From an uncultured Gammaproteobacteria bacterium (GTDB lineage: Bacteria > Pseudomonadota > Gammaproteobacteria > GCA-002705445 > GCA-002716945), in NCBI GenBank assembly GCA_902521725.1, contig CABYTF010000001.1:254386-318385 (forward strand): a DNA stretch of 64,000 nucleotides, in the 5' to 3' direction. Under the pieces are notes generated by a model. The model searched no databases. It worked only from the letters and a program-made list of their open reading frames with translations, and had not been told where the DNA came from. Below, piece by piece: positions 33,153 through 45,367 of the stretch. A program made the translations under genes and the position numbers. Each line of letters begins with the position of its first letter. Position 1 is the first letter of the stretch.

Positions 33153-34308
33153 CTTTATAACTTCTCAATCTGATTAGAAAATCGTCTAAAGCATCAATTC
33201 CATGACTTTTGGCTTCTTCTGACCATTTGTTCAGTATTTGTATGAAATTATCATGTTTAATTTCTCTGGAGTGGAGAAGTTCATGAAGTTTATTTTTAAG
33301 ACTGTATACAGTGCTGAGCTTTATGTTTTTAGCTAATAGATCTTTGACTATACTTTCTTGATTTTCACTTAGTCTATTTGGATGATCAGCTAAAAGTTTG
33401 AAAGAAAGATTAAAGTTTTCTTTTGTATAAATCGGTTTTAAAACTTTTTGTGTAAAATCTGTAATTACAGCTAACTTGGATTGTAAAATTGATTGTGTAA
33501 TGAGCCTAGAGTCAGTGTTTTGTTTGTTTTGTATGATAGGTTTTGGTGCTAGTCGCTTAACTTTACAGAGCCCAAAAAAGCCAAATACTTTTATGTACAT
33601 CCATCCGATATCAAACTCCCATGGTTTTAGAGAAAATTTTGCTGCTGTTGGGTAAGCGTGATGATTGTTGTGTAACTCTTCGCCTCCGATAATAACTCCA
33701 ATAGGGGACATATTTGTCGAATCATCATTTGTATTATAATTTCTGTATCCCCAATGATGACCTGCGCCATTTATTCCACCAGCTGCGAATATAGGTGTCC
33801 ACATCATTTGAATAGACCAAATAATAATACCAACTGTACCGAAAAGAACTATATTTAGTATGAACAAAATGAGTATTCCTAAATTATTTCTTCCAGTGTA
33901 TATTTTTTCTTCTACCCAATCTGTTGGACAATTTTGTGAATATTTTTCAATTGTTTCTTTATTGTTTTTTTCCATGTGATAGAGGTCCGCACCTTGAAAC
34001 AAAACTTTGTTGATACCAAAAAAAGCAGGACTGTGTGGATCGTGTTCTGTCTCTACTTTAGCATGGTGTTTTCTGTGAATTGCAACCCAATCAGCAGTTC
34101 GCATAGATGTAGTTAACCAAAGCCAAAATCTAAAAAAGTGGGAGAGCAATGGATGTATATCGATTGCAGAGTGACAGACCCCTCTGTGTAAATACAAGGT
34201 AATAGCCACGATTGTGATGTGGGTCACTGCTAAGGTATAAATTATGTAGCCGAGTGTCGTGAGTGGTATAATTCCGTTAATGAATATTTCGATCATATTT
34301 GTTTCCAA
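33145..34308 (-). CDS. membrane fatty-acid (acyl-CoA/acyl-lipid) desaturase
   Basis: 387 aa; three His boxes (HRKHH, HxxHH in GAGHHWGY..., EELHNNHH); about 120-aa soluble C-terminal extension. Confidence 0.85.
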   Translation of the reverse strand: METNMIEIFINGIIPLTTLGYIIYTLAVTHITIVAITLYLHRGVCHSAIDIHPLLSHFFRFWLWLTTSMRTADWVAIHRKHHAKVETEHDPHSPAFFGINKVLFQGADLYHMEKNNKETIEKYSQNCPTDWVEEKIYTGRNNLGILILFILNIVLFGTVGIIIWSIQMMWTPIFAAGGINGAGHHWGYRNYNTNDDSTNMSPIGVIIGGEELHNNHHAYPTAAKFSLKPWEFDIGWMYIKVFGFFGLCKVKRLAPKPIIQNKQNTDSRLITQSILQSKLAVITDFTQKVLKPIYTKENFNLSFKLLADHPNRLSENQESIVKDLLAKNIKLSTVYSLKNKLHELLHSREIKHDNFIQILNKWSEEAKSHGIDALDDFLIRLRSYKVT

Positions 34309-34351
34309 TAAGCTACTATATTAACAAGAATTTATACTATATCAAATCATT

Positions 34352-35170
34352 ATGCCTGAATTACCGGAAGTTGAGACTGTTAAGACCTACGTACATGACA
34401 GAGTCCTTCATAAAAAGATTAAAAATATTAAGGTTTTAAACAAGAAACTAAGATGGCCGATTGATACTAAGAAAATTGGCAACTCAAAAAGCAAGACCAT
34501 AAAGCAAGTAACAAGGAGAGGTAAGTATATTCTACTTCAATTTGATGAGCCTATGTTAACTATCGTTATACATTTAGGAATGACGGGTATAATTTATTTT
34601 AGAAAAATTAGTGAATACAAGAAGCGGAAGCATGATCATCTTCTATTGTACTTTGATGAGCATGTCCTTGTTTATAATGATGTGAGAAAATTTGGTTCCA
34701 TACACGTCACTAATGATCCTAGTAATATGTTTTTGCTGAAAGGTTTAGGACCAGAACCTATGTCGGAGGGATTCAATACAGATTACTTATTTGATAAAGC
34801 AAATAGGCGGACCTGTTCTGTAAAAGAACTAATTATGAATCAGAGAGTTGTAGTCGGTATAGGTAATATCTATGCTGCTGAGGCATTGTTTCTATCTAAA
34901 ATTCATCCATTATCTTCAGCTAATAAAATCCCGAAAAAAAAATATGAAATATTGGTAAAAAATATAAAACAAGTCTTATCAAAGGCAATATCGATGGGAG
35001 GATCAACGATAAAAGATTTTGTGAATGCTGAGGGCAAGCCCGGCTATTTTACACAGGAGCTATTGGTCTATAAAAAAAAATATTGCCCTATCCATAAAAA
35101 AAATTTAATTAGAAATATAAAAATTTCAGGGCGATCATCATTTTTTTGTGATAAATGTCAGAAGCTTTGA
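34352..35170 (+). CDS. mutM: formamidopyrimidine-DNA glycosylase
   Basis: 272 aa; MPELPEVE N-terminus; C-terminal CxxC...CxxC zinc finger. Confidence 0.93.
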   Translation: MPELPEVETVKTYVHDRVLHKKIKNIKVLNKKLRWPIDTKKIGNSKSKTIKQVTRRGKYILLQFDEPMLTIVIHLGMTGIIYFRKISEYKKRKHDHLLLYFDEHVLVYNDVRKFGSIHVTNDPSNMFLLKGLGPEPMSEGFNTDYLFDKANRRTCSVKELIMNQRVVVGIGNIYAAEALFLSKIHPLSSANKIPKKKYEILVKNIKQVLSKAISMGGSTIKDFVNAEGKPGYFTQELLVYKKKYCPIHKKNLIRNIKISGRSSFFCDKCQKL

Positions 35171-36514
35171 TTAGGAACCTATATCACTTCTAAAGAAAAC
35201 TAATGATTCATCTTCATTTCGTAATTCAGGATCTTTGTAAGCTTTAATTCTTCTAATGTTTTCATAAGCTAGGTCTATTGCTTCTTGTTTACTATCACAG
35301 CACGTATTAACTGATAATATTCTTCCTCCTGTGACTTTTACTGCACCATTACTAATCTTGGTACCAGCATGAAAAACTTTTAAATTTGAACTTTCTTTTA
35401 TTTTAGATAAGTCTACAAAAAAATCTTTCTTTGGTTCTGAAGGGTAGCCGTCTGCTGCAAGTACGACCGTGCAACAAAAGCCAGTATATTTTTTGTCATC
35501 TATGAATGTAAGATTAAAGTTATCAGGATATTCTGAATTATTAAAACCAATCAAATCAAGAAAATCGACATCATTATTATATAAATACATCATTAGATTT
35601 TGAGTTTCAGGGTCTCCCATTCTACAATTATACTCTAGAAGATATGGCTTGTTGTCTTCTGTAGATATCATTAAGCCAAGATATAAAAAACCATTATAGT
35701 TACTTTGATCACCAGAGCTATTATTGATTGATACAATGGTTTTGATAATAATCTTTTCAATTTCAGTATTGAGTGAGTAGACATCATTTTTTTTGAAGGA
35801 ACAATATGGATGAGTAATCGCACCCATACCTCCTGTGTTTGGACCTGCGTTGTATTCATCACGTGACTTATAATCTTTTACCCAAGGCAAGCCAATAGTC
35901 TTCTTTGATGCGTTGGGATTGCAGATATATATAGATGAAAGCTCTATGCCTTTAATGAAATCTTCAACTATTATACTTTCGTTTGGTTTGAGAAGATTTT
36001 TTATAGATGATTCTGCGTGATCTTGCGATTCACATATATCAACTCCCTTACCAGCTGCCAAACCGTCATACTTAACAACAATAGGGGGCTTTTTTGATTT
36101 TACGTAATGAACAGCTTTTTCAATATCATCAAATTCCTTATAATCGGCCGTAGGCAAATTATTATTTTGCATAAATTTTTTAGAAAATACTTTTGACCCC
36201 TCTAACTGCGCGAAATACTTTTTTGGTCCAAAAATATTAAGGTTATTCCTTTCAAACAGATCACTTATTCCATCCACCAGAGGGACTTCTGGTCCAACTA
36301 TAGTAAGGTCAATTGTATTTTCAATAGCAAAGTTTAATACCTCATCTTTGTTGTTTATATCAATATCGATATTGAAAACATTTTTTTCTGTTATTGTTCC
36401 AGCATTTCCTGGCATAACATAAATCTTATCAACTTGGCGCTTTGACTTCGCTATTAACCACGCAATCGCATGTTCTCTTCCACCAGACCCAATAATTAAT
36501 ATTTTAAGGCTCAT
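35171..36514 (-). CDS. purD: phosphoribosylamine--glycine ligase
   Basis: Start placed at MSLKILIIGSGGREHA (TAATG overlap with the purH stop) rather than track start 36547. Confidence 0.92.
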   Translation of the reverse strand: MSLKILIIGSGGREHAIAWLIAKSKRQVDKIYVMPGNAGTITEKNVFNIDIDINNKDEVLNFAIENTIDLTIVGPEVPLVDGISDLFERNNLNIFGPKKYFAQLEGSKVFSKKFMQNNNLPTADYKEFDDIEKAVHYVKSKKPPIVVKYDGLAAGKGVDICESQDHAESSIKNLLKPNESIIVEDFIKGIELSSIYICNPNASKKTIGLPWVKDYKSRDEYNAGPNTGGMGAITHPYCSFKKNDVYSLNTEIEKIIIKTIVSINNSSGDQSNYNGFLYLGLMISTEDNKPYLLEYNCRMGDPETQNLMMYLYNNDVDFLDLIGFNNSEYPDNFNLTFIDDKKYTGFCCTVVLAADGYPSEPKKDFFVDLSKIKESSNLKVFHAGTKISNGAVKVTGGRILSVNTCCDSKQEAIDLAYENIRRIKAYKDPELRNEDESLVFFRSDIGS

Positions 36515-38061
36515 TAATGCTTGAACACTCTTGTATGTGAAAAACACATTGCTAGCTTATGTTTGTCTGCAACGTCGATTATCTTATCATCATTTAAAGA
36601 TCCGCCAGGTTGAATGATCGCAGATACACCAATTTTTTTAGCTAAATCAACATTATCTCTAAACGGGAAAAAAGCTTCAGATGCCATCACTGACCCCTTA
36701 AGCGATATTTTCTCTTTTTTTGATTTATTAAACGCTATATTTGTAGAATCAATTCTACTCATTTGTCCTGCTCCTATGGCTAGCGTCTTATTATTTTTCA
36801 CGAAAACAATTGAATTTGATTTTACGTACCTTGCTATTTTAAAAGCAAATAACATGTCGTCAAATTGTTTGGTTGTAGGCTTTTTCTTCGTTACGACAGA
36901 CAAAGATTTTTTCGTTATAGTCTTCTCGTCTTTTTCTTGAATAAGAAGTTTATCTCTTAAGAGTTTCGTTTCGTATATCAAATCATTTTTACCTTTCAAC
37001 TTTATTTCAAGAATTCTTATATTAGGTTTATTCTTGACAGCTTCCAGTATTTTTTTATCAAATGAGGGAGCTGCAATAACTTCAACGAACTGTTTCTCGA
37101 CAATTTTTTTTACAAGTTTAGAACTCGGTTTCTTATTAAATACAATTATCCCTCCAAACGCAGAGGTGGGATCAGTTTTATAAGCATGATTATATGCTTG
37201 TTCTAGGTTATCTGCACAAGCTGCTCCACATGGATTTGCATGTTTTACAATTACACAACTAGGGCGACTAAATTGTTCTACACATGAATAAGCGCTCTCT
37301 GTATCTACAAGATTGTTAAAAGAAAGTGCTTTCCCTGAAAGTTGATTATAATCAAATGCAGTCAGTGAAGGTTGAGATATTTTATATAATTTAGCTTTTT
37401 GGTGAGGGTTCTCTCCATACCTAAGCTTATCAAGTTCGTGTGCATTTATAGAAATCTCCTCTTGCATAAAATCCTCAGCTTTTATTGATTTACTATTCAG
37501 GTAAGACGATATTAGTGAGTCATATTTTGATACTTTAGAGAAAACCTTAGCTGCAAGCTTCAATCTTGTGGAGGATCTTACCTTCCCGTTCTTAACAAGC
37601 TCCTCGAGGACCAGACTATAGTCAGAAGGATCAGTCAATACAGTCACTCGATCATGATTCTTGGCTGACGCTCTTAAAAGTGTTGGACCTCCAATATCAA
37701 TGTTCTCTATTGCATTACCAAAGGTACAATCTTTTTTAGAAATTGTTTTCTCAAAGGGATATAAGTTAACTATAACAACATCAATCAGGGAATATTTTGA
37801 GTCGCGAAGATCTTCAATGTCTTTTTTAGATTTTGCAAGGATTCCAGCGTGAATAATGGGGTGAAGCGTTTTTACTCTTCCTTCAAGAATTTCCTCAAAT
37901 TTTGTGAACTCTGATATGGGTATGATTTTAATACCTTTGCTGATGAGGTGTTTAGCTGTACCGCCTGTAGATATGATATCGTATCCCATCTTTGATAATT
38001 CTGATGCGATTGAATCTATGCCTGTTTTGTCAGAAACACTTATAAGTGCAATTTTCTTCAT
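36514..38061 (-). CDS. purH: bifunctional AICAR transformylase / IMP cyclohydrolase
   Basis: 515 aa; MGS-like N-domain and AICARFT C-domain. Confidence 0.95.
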   Translation of the reverse strand: MKKIALISVSDKTGIDSIASELSKMGYDIISTGGTAKHLISKGIKIIPISEFTKFEEILEGRVKTLHPIIHAGILAKSKKDIEDLRDSKYSLIDVVIVNLYPFEKTISKKDCTFGNAIENIDIGGPTLLRASAKNHDRVTVLTDPSDYSLVLEELVKNGKVRSSTRLKLAAKVFSKVSKYDSLISSYLNSKSIKAEDFMQEEISINAHELDKLRYGENPHQKAKLYKISQPSLTAFDYNQLSGKALSFNNLVDTESAYSCVEQFSRPSCVIVKHANPCGAACADNLEQAYNHAYKTDPTSAFGGIIVFNKKPSSKLVKKIVEKQFVEVIAAPSFDKKILEAVKNKPNIRILEIKLKGKNDLIYETKLLRDKLLIQEKDEKTITKKSLSVVTKKKPTTKQFDDMLFAFKIARYVKSNSIVFVKNNKTLAIGAGQMSRIDSTNIAFNKSKKEKISLKGSVMASEAFFPFRDNVDLAKKIGVSAIIQPGGSLNDDKIIDVADKHKLAMCFSHTRVFKH

Positions 38062-38327
38062 TTAATCTTGAGATTATACTCTTTTATTCTTTTAATAAGT
38101 GTCCCGCGACTTATTCCCAGAAAATCTGCTGATCTAGTGACATTTCCATTACATGTTTCCAGGACAGTATCTATTAGGGTACGTTCTGTATCATTCAAAA
38201 ATAAGCTATGCATATTAGATTTGCTGCTATTACCATTCATATTTTTGATAAATGCATTAGCTTCTTTTTTCACCACAGCACTTAGACTACTATTGGATAA
38301 ATTTTTTGTGATTCTGTTCTTCTTCAT
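38058..38327 (-). CDS. fis: Fis-family DNA-binding protein
   Basis: 89 aa; C-terminal HTH GNVTRSADFLGISRGTLIKRIKEY; fis-purH-purD order as in pseudomonads. Confidence 0.78.
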   Translation of the reverse strand: MKKNRITKNLSNSSLSAVVKKEANAFIKNMNGNSSKSNMHSLFLNDTERTLIDTVLETCNGNVTRSADFLGISRGTLIKRIKEYNLKIK

Positions 38328-38409
38328 CTTAAATTTCGGAAAATGAGCACCCCTGAATGAAATATATTACAATCAAAGGAGCTATTGATAAAGACTATTT
38401 GAAAAAAAA

Positions 38410-39756
38410 CTAATTATTTTTAATATATTCTGTAAGCGTGTTAATGGAGTACTTACCTGATTTGAAGAAATCTGTTCTGAGCAACTTCTTATGTAATTCT
38501 ATATTGGTCTTCACGCCTTGAACAACAGTTTCGCTAAGCGCTTGATACATCTTCTCAATAGCAAGTTCTCTGGTCTTATCATATGTGATCAGCTTGGCTA
38601 GTAAAGAATCATAGAAAGGAGGCACTGAATACCCACTATAAACATGTGTATCTATTCTTACTCCTGGTCCCCCTGGCGCATGGAAGACATCTATTTTGCC
38701 TGGTGAGGGTATAAACGTCTTGGGATCCTCAGCGTTTATTCTACATTCGATGGCATGACCTTTAAGCGAGATATCCTCTTGCTTCATAGTTAATTTCTCA
38801 CCAGATGCGACATTTATTTGTTCAGCTATCAAATCTGTATTTGTAACAAGCTCAGTAACAGGGTGCTCAACTTGAATTCTCGTATTCATCTCTATAAAGC
38901 TAAATTGCCCATCTTGATATAAAAATTCGAAAGTTCCAGCACCCGTATAACCAAGTTTTATACAAGCCTCTGAACATATAGCACCTATTTTATCAATCTC
39001 TTCTCTTGTAATGCCACATGCCTGAGTCTCTTCAATTATTTTTTGATTTCTTCTTTGCATTGAGCAGTCTCTCTCACCAAAATGAACTGCATTTCCATGC
39101 TCATCACTCATTATTTGTATTTCAATATGTCTTGGATTATCGTAATATTTTTCAAAGTACAGGTCCCCATTACCAAATGCATTCTTTGCCTCTGTTCTAA
39201 CCAGGTTCATGCTATTTGCTAGATCTGATTTTTTTTCTACAATCATCATTCCTCTTCCCCCACCACCATGAATTGCCTTTAGCATAATTGGATATCCTAT
39301 CTCATCAATTTTTTTCAACATTTCTCTATTTGGCTGCTCAGGTAAGACCCCATCATATCCGGGAATACATGGGACACCAAAATCTTTCATCGCTTTCTTC
39401 GCTTTAATTTTGTCACCCATTTTATTTAAGACTTTGCTTGTAGGCCCTATAAACTTAAACTTATTTGTTTCTATAATCTCTGCAAACATCTCTGATTCTG
39501 ATAAAAAACCATAACCAGGATGAATCGCATCTGAATTTGTTAATTCTGCTGCGCTTATAATTGAGGGCATATTCAGATAACTTTCTTTTGGATTTGGTCC
39601 ACCAATACAAACTGACTCATCAGCTAATTTGACATGAGCGAGCTGTCTATCAGCAGTTGAATGTACTGCAACTGTCTTGATCCCCAGTTTTTTACATGCC
39701 CTCATCACTCTGAGTGCTATTTCACCTCTATTAGCTATAAGTACCTTGCTTATCAT
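38410..39756 (-). CDS. accC: acetyl-CoA carboxylase biotin carboxylase subunit
   Basis: 448 aa; ATP-grasp motifs. Confidence 0.96.
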   Translation of the reverse strand: MISKVLIANRGEIALRVMRACKKLGIKTVAVHSTADRQLAHVKLADESVCIGGPNPKESYLNMPSIISAAELTNSDAIHPGYGFLSESEMFAEIIETNKFKFIGPTSKVLNKMGDKIKAKKAMKDFGVPCIPGYDGVLPEQPNREMLKKIDEIGYPIMLKAIHGGGGRGMMIVEKKSDLANSMNLVRTEAKNAFGNGDLYFEKYYDNPRHIEIQIMSDEHGNAVHFGERDCSMQRRNQKIIEETQACGITREEIDKIGAICSEACIKLGYTGAGTFEFLYQDGQFSFIEMNTRIQVEHPVTELVTNTDLIAEQINVASGEKLTMKQEDISLKGHAIECRINAEDPKTFIPSPGKIDVFHAPGGPGVRIDTHVYSGYSVPPFYDSLLAKLITYDKTRELAIEKMYQALSETVVQGVKTNIELHKKLLRTDFFKSGKYSINTLTEYIKNN

Positions 39757-40220
39757 TCTATAACAAACAATGGTTGGTCAAACTCTACCGGTTCAGCATT
39801 ATCAACAAGTATCTCAACTATTTTTCCATCAGATTCTGCTTGCACTTGATTCATCATTTTCATTGCCTCTAATATGCATAATGTGTCTCCCTTCTTGACA
39901 GATTGACCGATGGTCACGAATGGCTTAGATTCGGGCGAAGCTGACGAATAGAATGTCCCGACCATTGGTGAATTCACAGTGTTTCTTTTTTCTTCTTTTA
40001 AATTATCAACAGCGCTAGTCCCCAAATCGGAAGTCTGCTGGTTAATAGGAGGTTGACTAGTTTGCATAGGCTGTTGAATTATTTGAGGAACCTGCATATT
40101 CGTCGTCGATGAGATATTTCTGGATAATTTTATGGACTCTTCACCCTCTTTGACTTCAATTTCTGCAATCCCACTCTCCTCAAGAAGCTCCATTAATTTT
40201 TTAATTTTTCTTAAATCCAT
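39753..40220 (-). CDS. accB: biotin carboxyl carrier protein
   Basis: 155 aa; EAMKMMN biotinylation motif; Pro/Gln-rich linker. Confidence 0.92.
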   Translation of the reverse strand: MDLRKIKKLMELLEESGIAEIEVKEGEESIKLSRNISSTTNMQVPQIIQQPMQTSQPPINQQTSDLGTSAVDNLKEEKRNTVNSPMVGTFYSSASPESKPFVTIGQSVKKGDTLCILEAMKMMNQVQAESDGKIVEILVDNAEPVEFDQPLFVIE

Positions 40221-40222
40221 GC

Positions 40223-40654
40223 TTAACCTCGTTTTATGATTGACAACAGAGCAAACTCATATCCACTTACTCCTAGCCCTGTTATTAAACCTTCACTTAT
40301 ATCTGATAAGAAGGATTTTTTTCTAAATTCTTCTCTACGATAAATATTTGAAATATGAACTTCAATAAATGGTATCTCTACTCCTAAAAACGCATCTCTT
40401 AAGGCAATGCTAGTATGTGTAAAAGCACCCGGATTAATTATAATCGCATCAACATTTTCCTGCTTTGCATTGTGAAGTTCATTTATTAATTCATTCTCAG
40501 AATTAGACTGATAAAAACGAATATTTACGTTGTGATTTTTAGAAATTGACTTGAGATTTTCCTCAATATCCTTGAGAGTATCTGTTCCATAAACTTCAGG
40601 CTCACGAGTACCCAGTAGATTCAAGTTAGGGCCATTTAACACTAATATATTCAT
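40223..40654 (-). CDS. aroQ: 3-dehydroquinate dehydratase, type II
   Basis: 143 aa; [21 protein letters not shown] signature; aroQ-accB-accC synteny. Confidence 0.92.
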   Translation of the reverse strand: MNILVLNGPNLNLLGTREPEVYGTDTLKDIEENLKSISKNHNVNIRFYQSNSENELINELHNAKQENVDAIIINPGAFTHTSIALRDAFLGVEIPFIEVHISNIYRREEFRKKSFLSDISEGLITGLGVSGYEFALLSIIKRG

Positions 40655-40719
40655 TTTATAAGAACTTAATTAATTTTGAATGATTTTACATGAAGTTAAG
40701 CGAAAATAGAAGTTCTATT

Positions 40720-42471
40720 TTAATTTTTTACTAGTTTGAGTACTTTTAAGAAGTCCTCGCTGCCCATGAAGCCTACAATCCTTGCATCAATAATTTCACT
40801 ACCATCTGCATTAAAGAAAAATAAAGCAGGTGGCCCAAAGACCATCATATTTTGTAAATATTTCGAGTGTTCTTCGGTCGTTTCTGTGATATCAAATTTG
40901 ATAAGTTTTAGTTCGTTCAATTTCTCGCTGACTCTCTCGTCACTGAATGTATATTTTTCTAATTCTTTGCATGCCACGCACCAATCTGCATATAAATCAA
41001 CCATTACAGGCTCATTACTTTTATTTATTTCTTCGAATAATCTCTTTGTCGTTTTTACTGTTATGAATGTAATATTCTGCTCTTTTTGTATAAAGCTTGT
41101 TATCGGATCATAATAATTATTATTTATGATTCCATATGTTTGTAACCCAATATAAAAAAACGATAGAGACGACAGCGTCGCAATGATGATCTTAGATGAT
41201 AAATTATTTAATAACTTGAACGATTTAAATAATACTAATATTAGGAGGGCTGCAGAAATAGTCCATAAATAGGCTGCTGTCTCTAAGGACAAGATTCTCT
41301 CAAGCAACCAGACAGATACTATAATAAATAGAATGCCGAAAAAGTAATTTACAAGCTCAAGGTAGGGACCTATTTTTGATATCAATTTTGTTGTTGTTGA
41401 ACCCAAAGCTATCAAGGGTGTACCCATTCCAATACCTAGAAAAAAAAGTGCCAAACCTCCAACTAGAATATTCCCCGTACTCGCAATGTATATCAGCGCA
41501 CCAATTAATGGTGCAGTTACACAGGGACCCACTATAAGTGCAGATAATACACCCATAGTCGCAACATCTTTAATATCACCAGACTTTTGCTTATTACTTA
41601 TTTTTGTAGCTATATTTTGTATTGATTTAGGCATCTGAATACTAAAGAATTTGAACATGGCTAACGCAAACATAAAAAACAAAAAGGATAAAAAGCTAAT
41701 TACGTAAGGATTTTGTAAACTAGCCTGTATATTTGTTCCTGATGTTGCAACAATAATTCCCGCAACAGCATAAGTCAGTGACATACTCAAAACATAAACT
41801 ATTGAGAGCGTTAGAGATTTTTTTTGAGATACATTTCCACGTCCAGCAATTATCCCGGTGAGAATCGGGACCATGGGTAAGACACAAGGAGTAAATGCTA
41901 ACAATAATCCAGCTAAGTAAAAAATGAAGGTGTTATAAATTAGAGAATTAATATTGAGTGATTCACTCATTGCAGTTTGACTATCAAATATTGATGTCTT
42001 TTGGAGACTAGATGTCGTTAACTTTTTTTTTACCGTGATTGTTTTAAAAATTGGTGGATAGCACAATCCTGCATCTGCACAACCTTGATATTTTATTTTA
42101 AGATCAAGATACTCAGAGAGGTTATTTTCCAAATAAACGTCTGCGCTCGTTGAGAAATAATAGATATCAACTTCACCAAAGAATTCATCTGTTTTTTTCT
42201 CTCCATCAGGCATCTCGACTTTTTGGATTAGGTTATCCTTATCAAGTGATTCAAATTCAAACATTCCCATATATAAATAATAACCTGGATGAATTTTCCA
42301 ATTTATTTTTATATGCTTGTCATTAACAACCTCATGGGACATTACAAAAGCTTGGTCAGGTGATAGAAACTCAGACTGTGAAATCGGCAGATCACTGGCG
42401 TGAATTTTGTCTCCCGTTAATAAGCATAAAAAAAATAGTGAATTAAAAAATATTGTTTTAATCAATTTCAT
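40720..42471 (-). CDS. dsbD: thiol:disulfide interchange protein DsbD
   Basis: 583 aa; N-terminal periplasmic domain, 8-TM core with conserved Cys, C-terminal thioredoxin domain WCVAC. Confidence 0.9.
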   Translation of the reverse strand: MKLIKTIFFNSLFFLCLLTGDKIHASDLPISQSEFLSPDQAFVMSHEVVNDKHIKINWKIHPGYYLYMGMFEFESLDKDNLIQKVEMPDGEKKTDEFFGEVDIYYFSTSADVYLENNLSEYLDLKIKYQGCADAGLCYPPIFKTITVKKKLTTSSLQKTSIFDSQTAMSESLNINSLIYNTFIFYLAGLLLAFTPCVLPMVPILTGIIAGRGNVSQKKSLTLSIVYVLSMSLTYAVAGIIVATSGTNIQASLQNPYVISFLSFLFFMFALAMFKFFSIQMPKSIQNIATKISNKQKSGDIKDVATMGVLSALIVGPCVTAPLIGALIYIASTGNILVGGLALFFLGIGMGTPLIALGSTTTKLISKIGPYLELVNYFFGILFIIVSVWLLERILSLETAAYLWTISAALLILVLFKSFKLLNNLSSKIIIATLSSLSFFYIGLQTYGIINNNYYDPITSFIQKEQNITFITVKTTKRLFEEINKSNEPVMVDLYADWCVACKELEKYTFSDERVSEKLNELKLIKFDITETTEEHSKYLQNMMVFGPPALFFFNADGSEIIDARIVGFMGSEDFLKVLKLVKN

Positions 42472-42778
42472 TTTGTAACCATTTCAAGTACTTTTCATTA
42501 CCCTCTGATATTTCTAGAGATATTATTTCAGGGGTTTCATAGTTATGCAATCGTTCAATAACCTTTCTGATTTCAGTAAATTTATCAGAGGTGGTTTTTA
42601 CATGTATAAGGTACTCATTATCTTCAACAACTTCACTATTATAGCGATATATGCTCAATACAGCAGGATAAATATTTACACATGCAGCCATTTTTTTTTC
42701 TACTAGCGATTTTGAAATATTTTCATATATCTGTTTTTTATTTGTATGTGTTTGAACAATTATGTATTTTTTTACCAT
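42458..42778 (-). CDS. cutA: divalent-cation tolerance protein CutA
   Basis: 106 aa; CutA1 fold; conserved cutA-dsbD pairing. Confidence 0.85.
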   Translation of the reverse strand: MVKKYIIVQTHTNKKQIYENISKSLVEKKMAACVNIYPAVLSIYRYNSEVVEDNEYLIHVKTTSDKFTEIRKVIERLHNYETPEIISLEISEGNEKYLKWLQNEID

Positions 42779-43189
42779 ATACTTATATTTGTGAGTTATT
42801 CAAGATACATTCTATTTCTTTTGCCCATAATTGAACTAATTATATTCATAGAGATTGGATCTTTGATAGGAAGTTTTTCTGTGGTTCTGAGCATTTTTAT
42901 AACTATTTTTCTAGGCTACTACTTGATTAAGCAAAAATTAAGAGGGATTGGCCTAAGTTTGTTTAATATTGGTAATATCCAAAACATGTATGATCAATAC
43001 ACTGACAATATTTATTCAATATTAGCAGGTATTCTCCTTATAATCCCGGGATATCTGACTGATGTAGCTGGACTAGTAATCTTACTCCCATTCTTCAGGC
43101 CAAAATTGTCTTACATTTTTAACCAAAAATACGGTAAAAGATCTTCTAAAAATAATGTGATCGAAGGTGATTACAGAGACAATGATTAG
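42746..43189 (+). CDS. fxsA: FxsA family inner-membrane protein
   Basis: LLIIPGYLTDVAGLVILLPFFR matches the FxsA core; upstream of groES as in enterics; N-terminal start uncertain. Confidence 0.6.
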   Translation: MCLNNYVFFYHILIFVSYSRYILFLLPIIELIIFIEIGSLIGSFSVVLSIFITIFLGYYLIKQKLRGIGLSLFNIGNIQNMYDQYTDNIYSILAGILLIIPGYLTDVAGLVILLPFFRPKLSYIFNQKYGKRSSKNNVIEGDYRDND

Positions 43190-43205
43190 TTTTTGATCAT
43201 AAATT

Positions 43206-43233
43206 CTTGAAATTATACATAAAGTCCCTATCA
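43206..43233 (+). promoter_or_regulatory. sigma-32 (RpoH) heat-shock promoter of groESL
   Basis: CTTGAAA, a 13-nt spacer, then CCCTATCA, versus consensus CTTGAAA-N13/14-CCCCATNT; 54 nt upstream of groES. Confidence 0.75.
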
Positions 43234-43260
43234 TTAGCAGTCAAGGAGTTAGAGTGCTAA
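43234..43260 (+). promoter_or_regulatory. CIRCE inverted repeat (HrcA operator)
   Basis: TTAGCAGTC-N9-GAGTGCTAA versus consensus TTAGCACTC-N9-GAGTGCTAA (1 mismatch), directly abutting the sigma-32 -10. Confidence 0.75.
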
Positions 43261-43286
43261 CTATTATTTGAAAGCGAGGTAAATCA

Positions 43287-43577
43287 ATGAATATAAGACC
43301 ATTGCACGATCGTGTAATCGTAAAAAGAAAAGAAGAAGAAAAGACATCTCCCGGAGGTATAGTGATACCAGATAGCGCAACTGAGAAGCCTGTAAAAGGC
43401 GAGGTAGTAGCAGTCGGCAAAGGGAAAATTCTGGAAAATGGTGATATTAGACCTTTAGACGTAAAAGAGGGTGATCAGATATTATTTGGGAAATATTCTG
43501 GAACAGAAATAACTATCGATGGTGAAGAAATGCTCGTTATGAGAGAAGATGACATCACTGCAATTATAACAAACTAA
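43287..43577 (+). CDS. groES: co-chaperonin GroES
   Basis: 96 aa; [12 protein letters not shown]... Confidence 0.96.
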   Translation: MNIRPLHDRVIVKRKEEEKTSPGGIVIPDSATEKPVKGEVVAVGKGKILENGDIRPLDVKEGDQILFGKYSGTEITIDGEEMLVMREDDITAIITN

Positions 43578-45269
<1,692 letters not shown>

Positions 45270-45296
45270 TTTCCACTCGTCATCTTCTATGTATTC

Positions 45297-45326
45297 AAAG
45301 CCTCTTTATTAAGAGGCTTTGTTTTA
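45297..45326 (+). terminator. Rho-independent terminator of groESL
   Basis: Perfect 10-bp stem aaagcctctt/aagaggcttt with a tatt loop, followed by gtttta. Confidence 0.7.
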
Positions 45327-45367
45327 CCTAGTTTTAATAATCAGAAAATATATTCAGTGATACAATA

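Noticed and set aside
33145-33550. The C-terminal ~120-aa extension of the fatty-acid desaturase as a fused or transposase-derived fragment.
   Set aside because: It is a continuous reading frame with the desaturase core. There are no flanking inverted repeats or target duplications, and no compositional break visible by eye. Soluble C-terminal extensions of this length occur in DesA-type enzymes.
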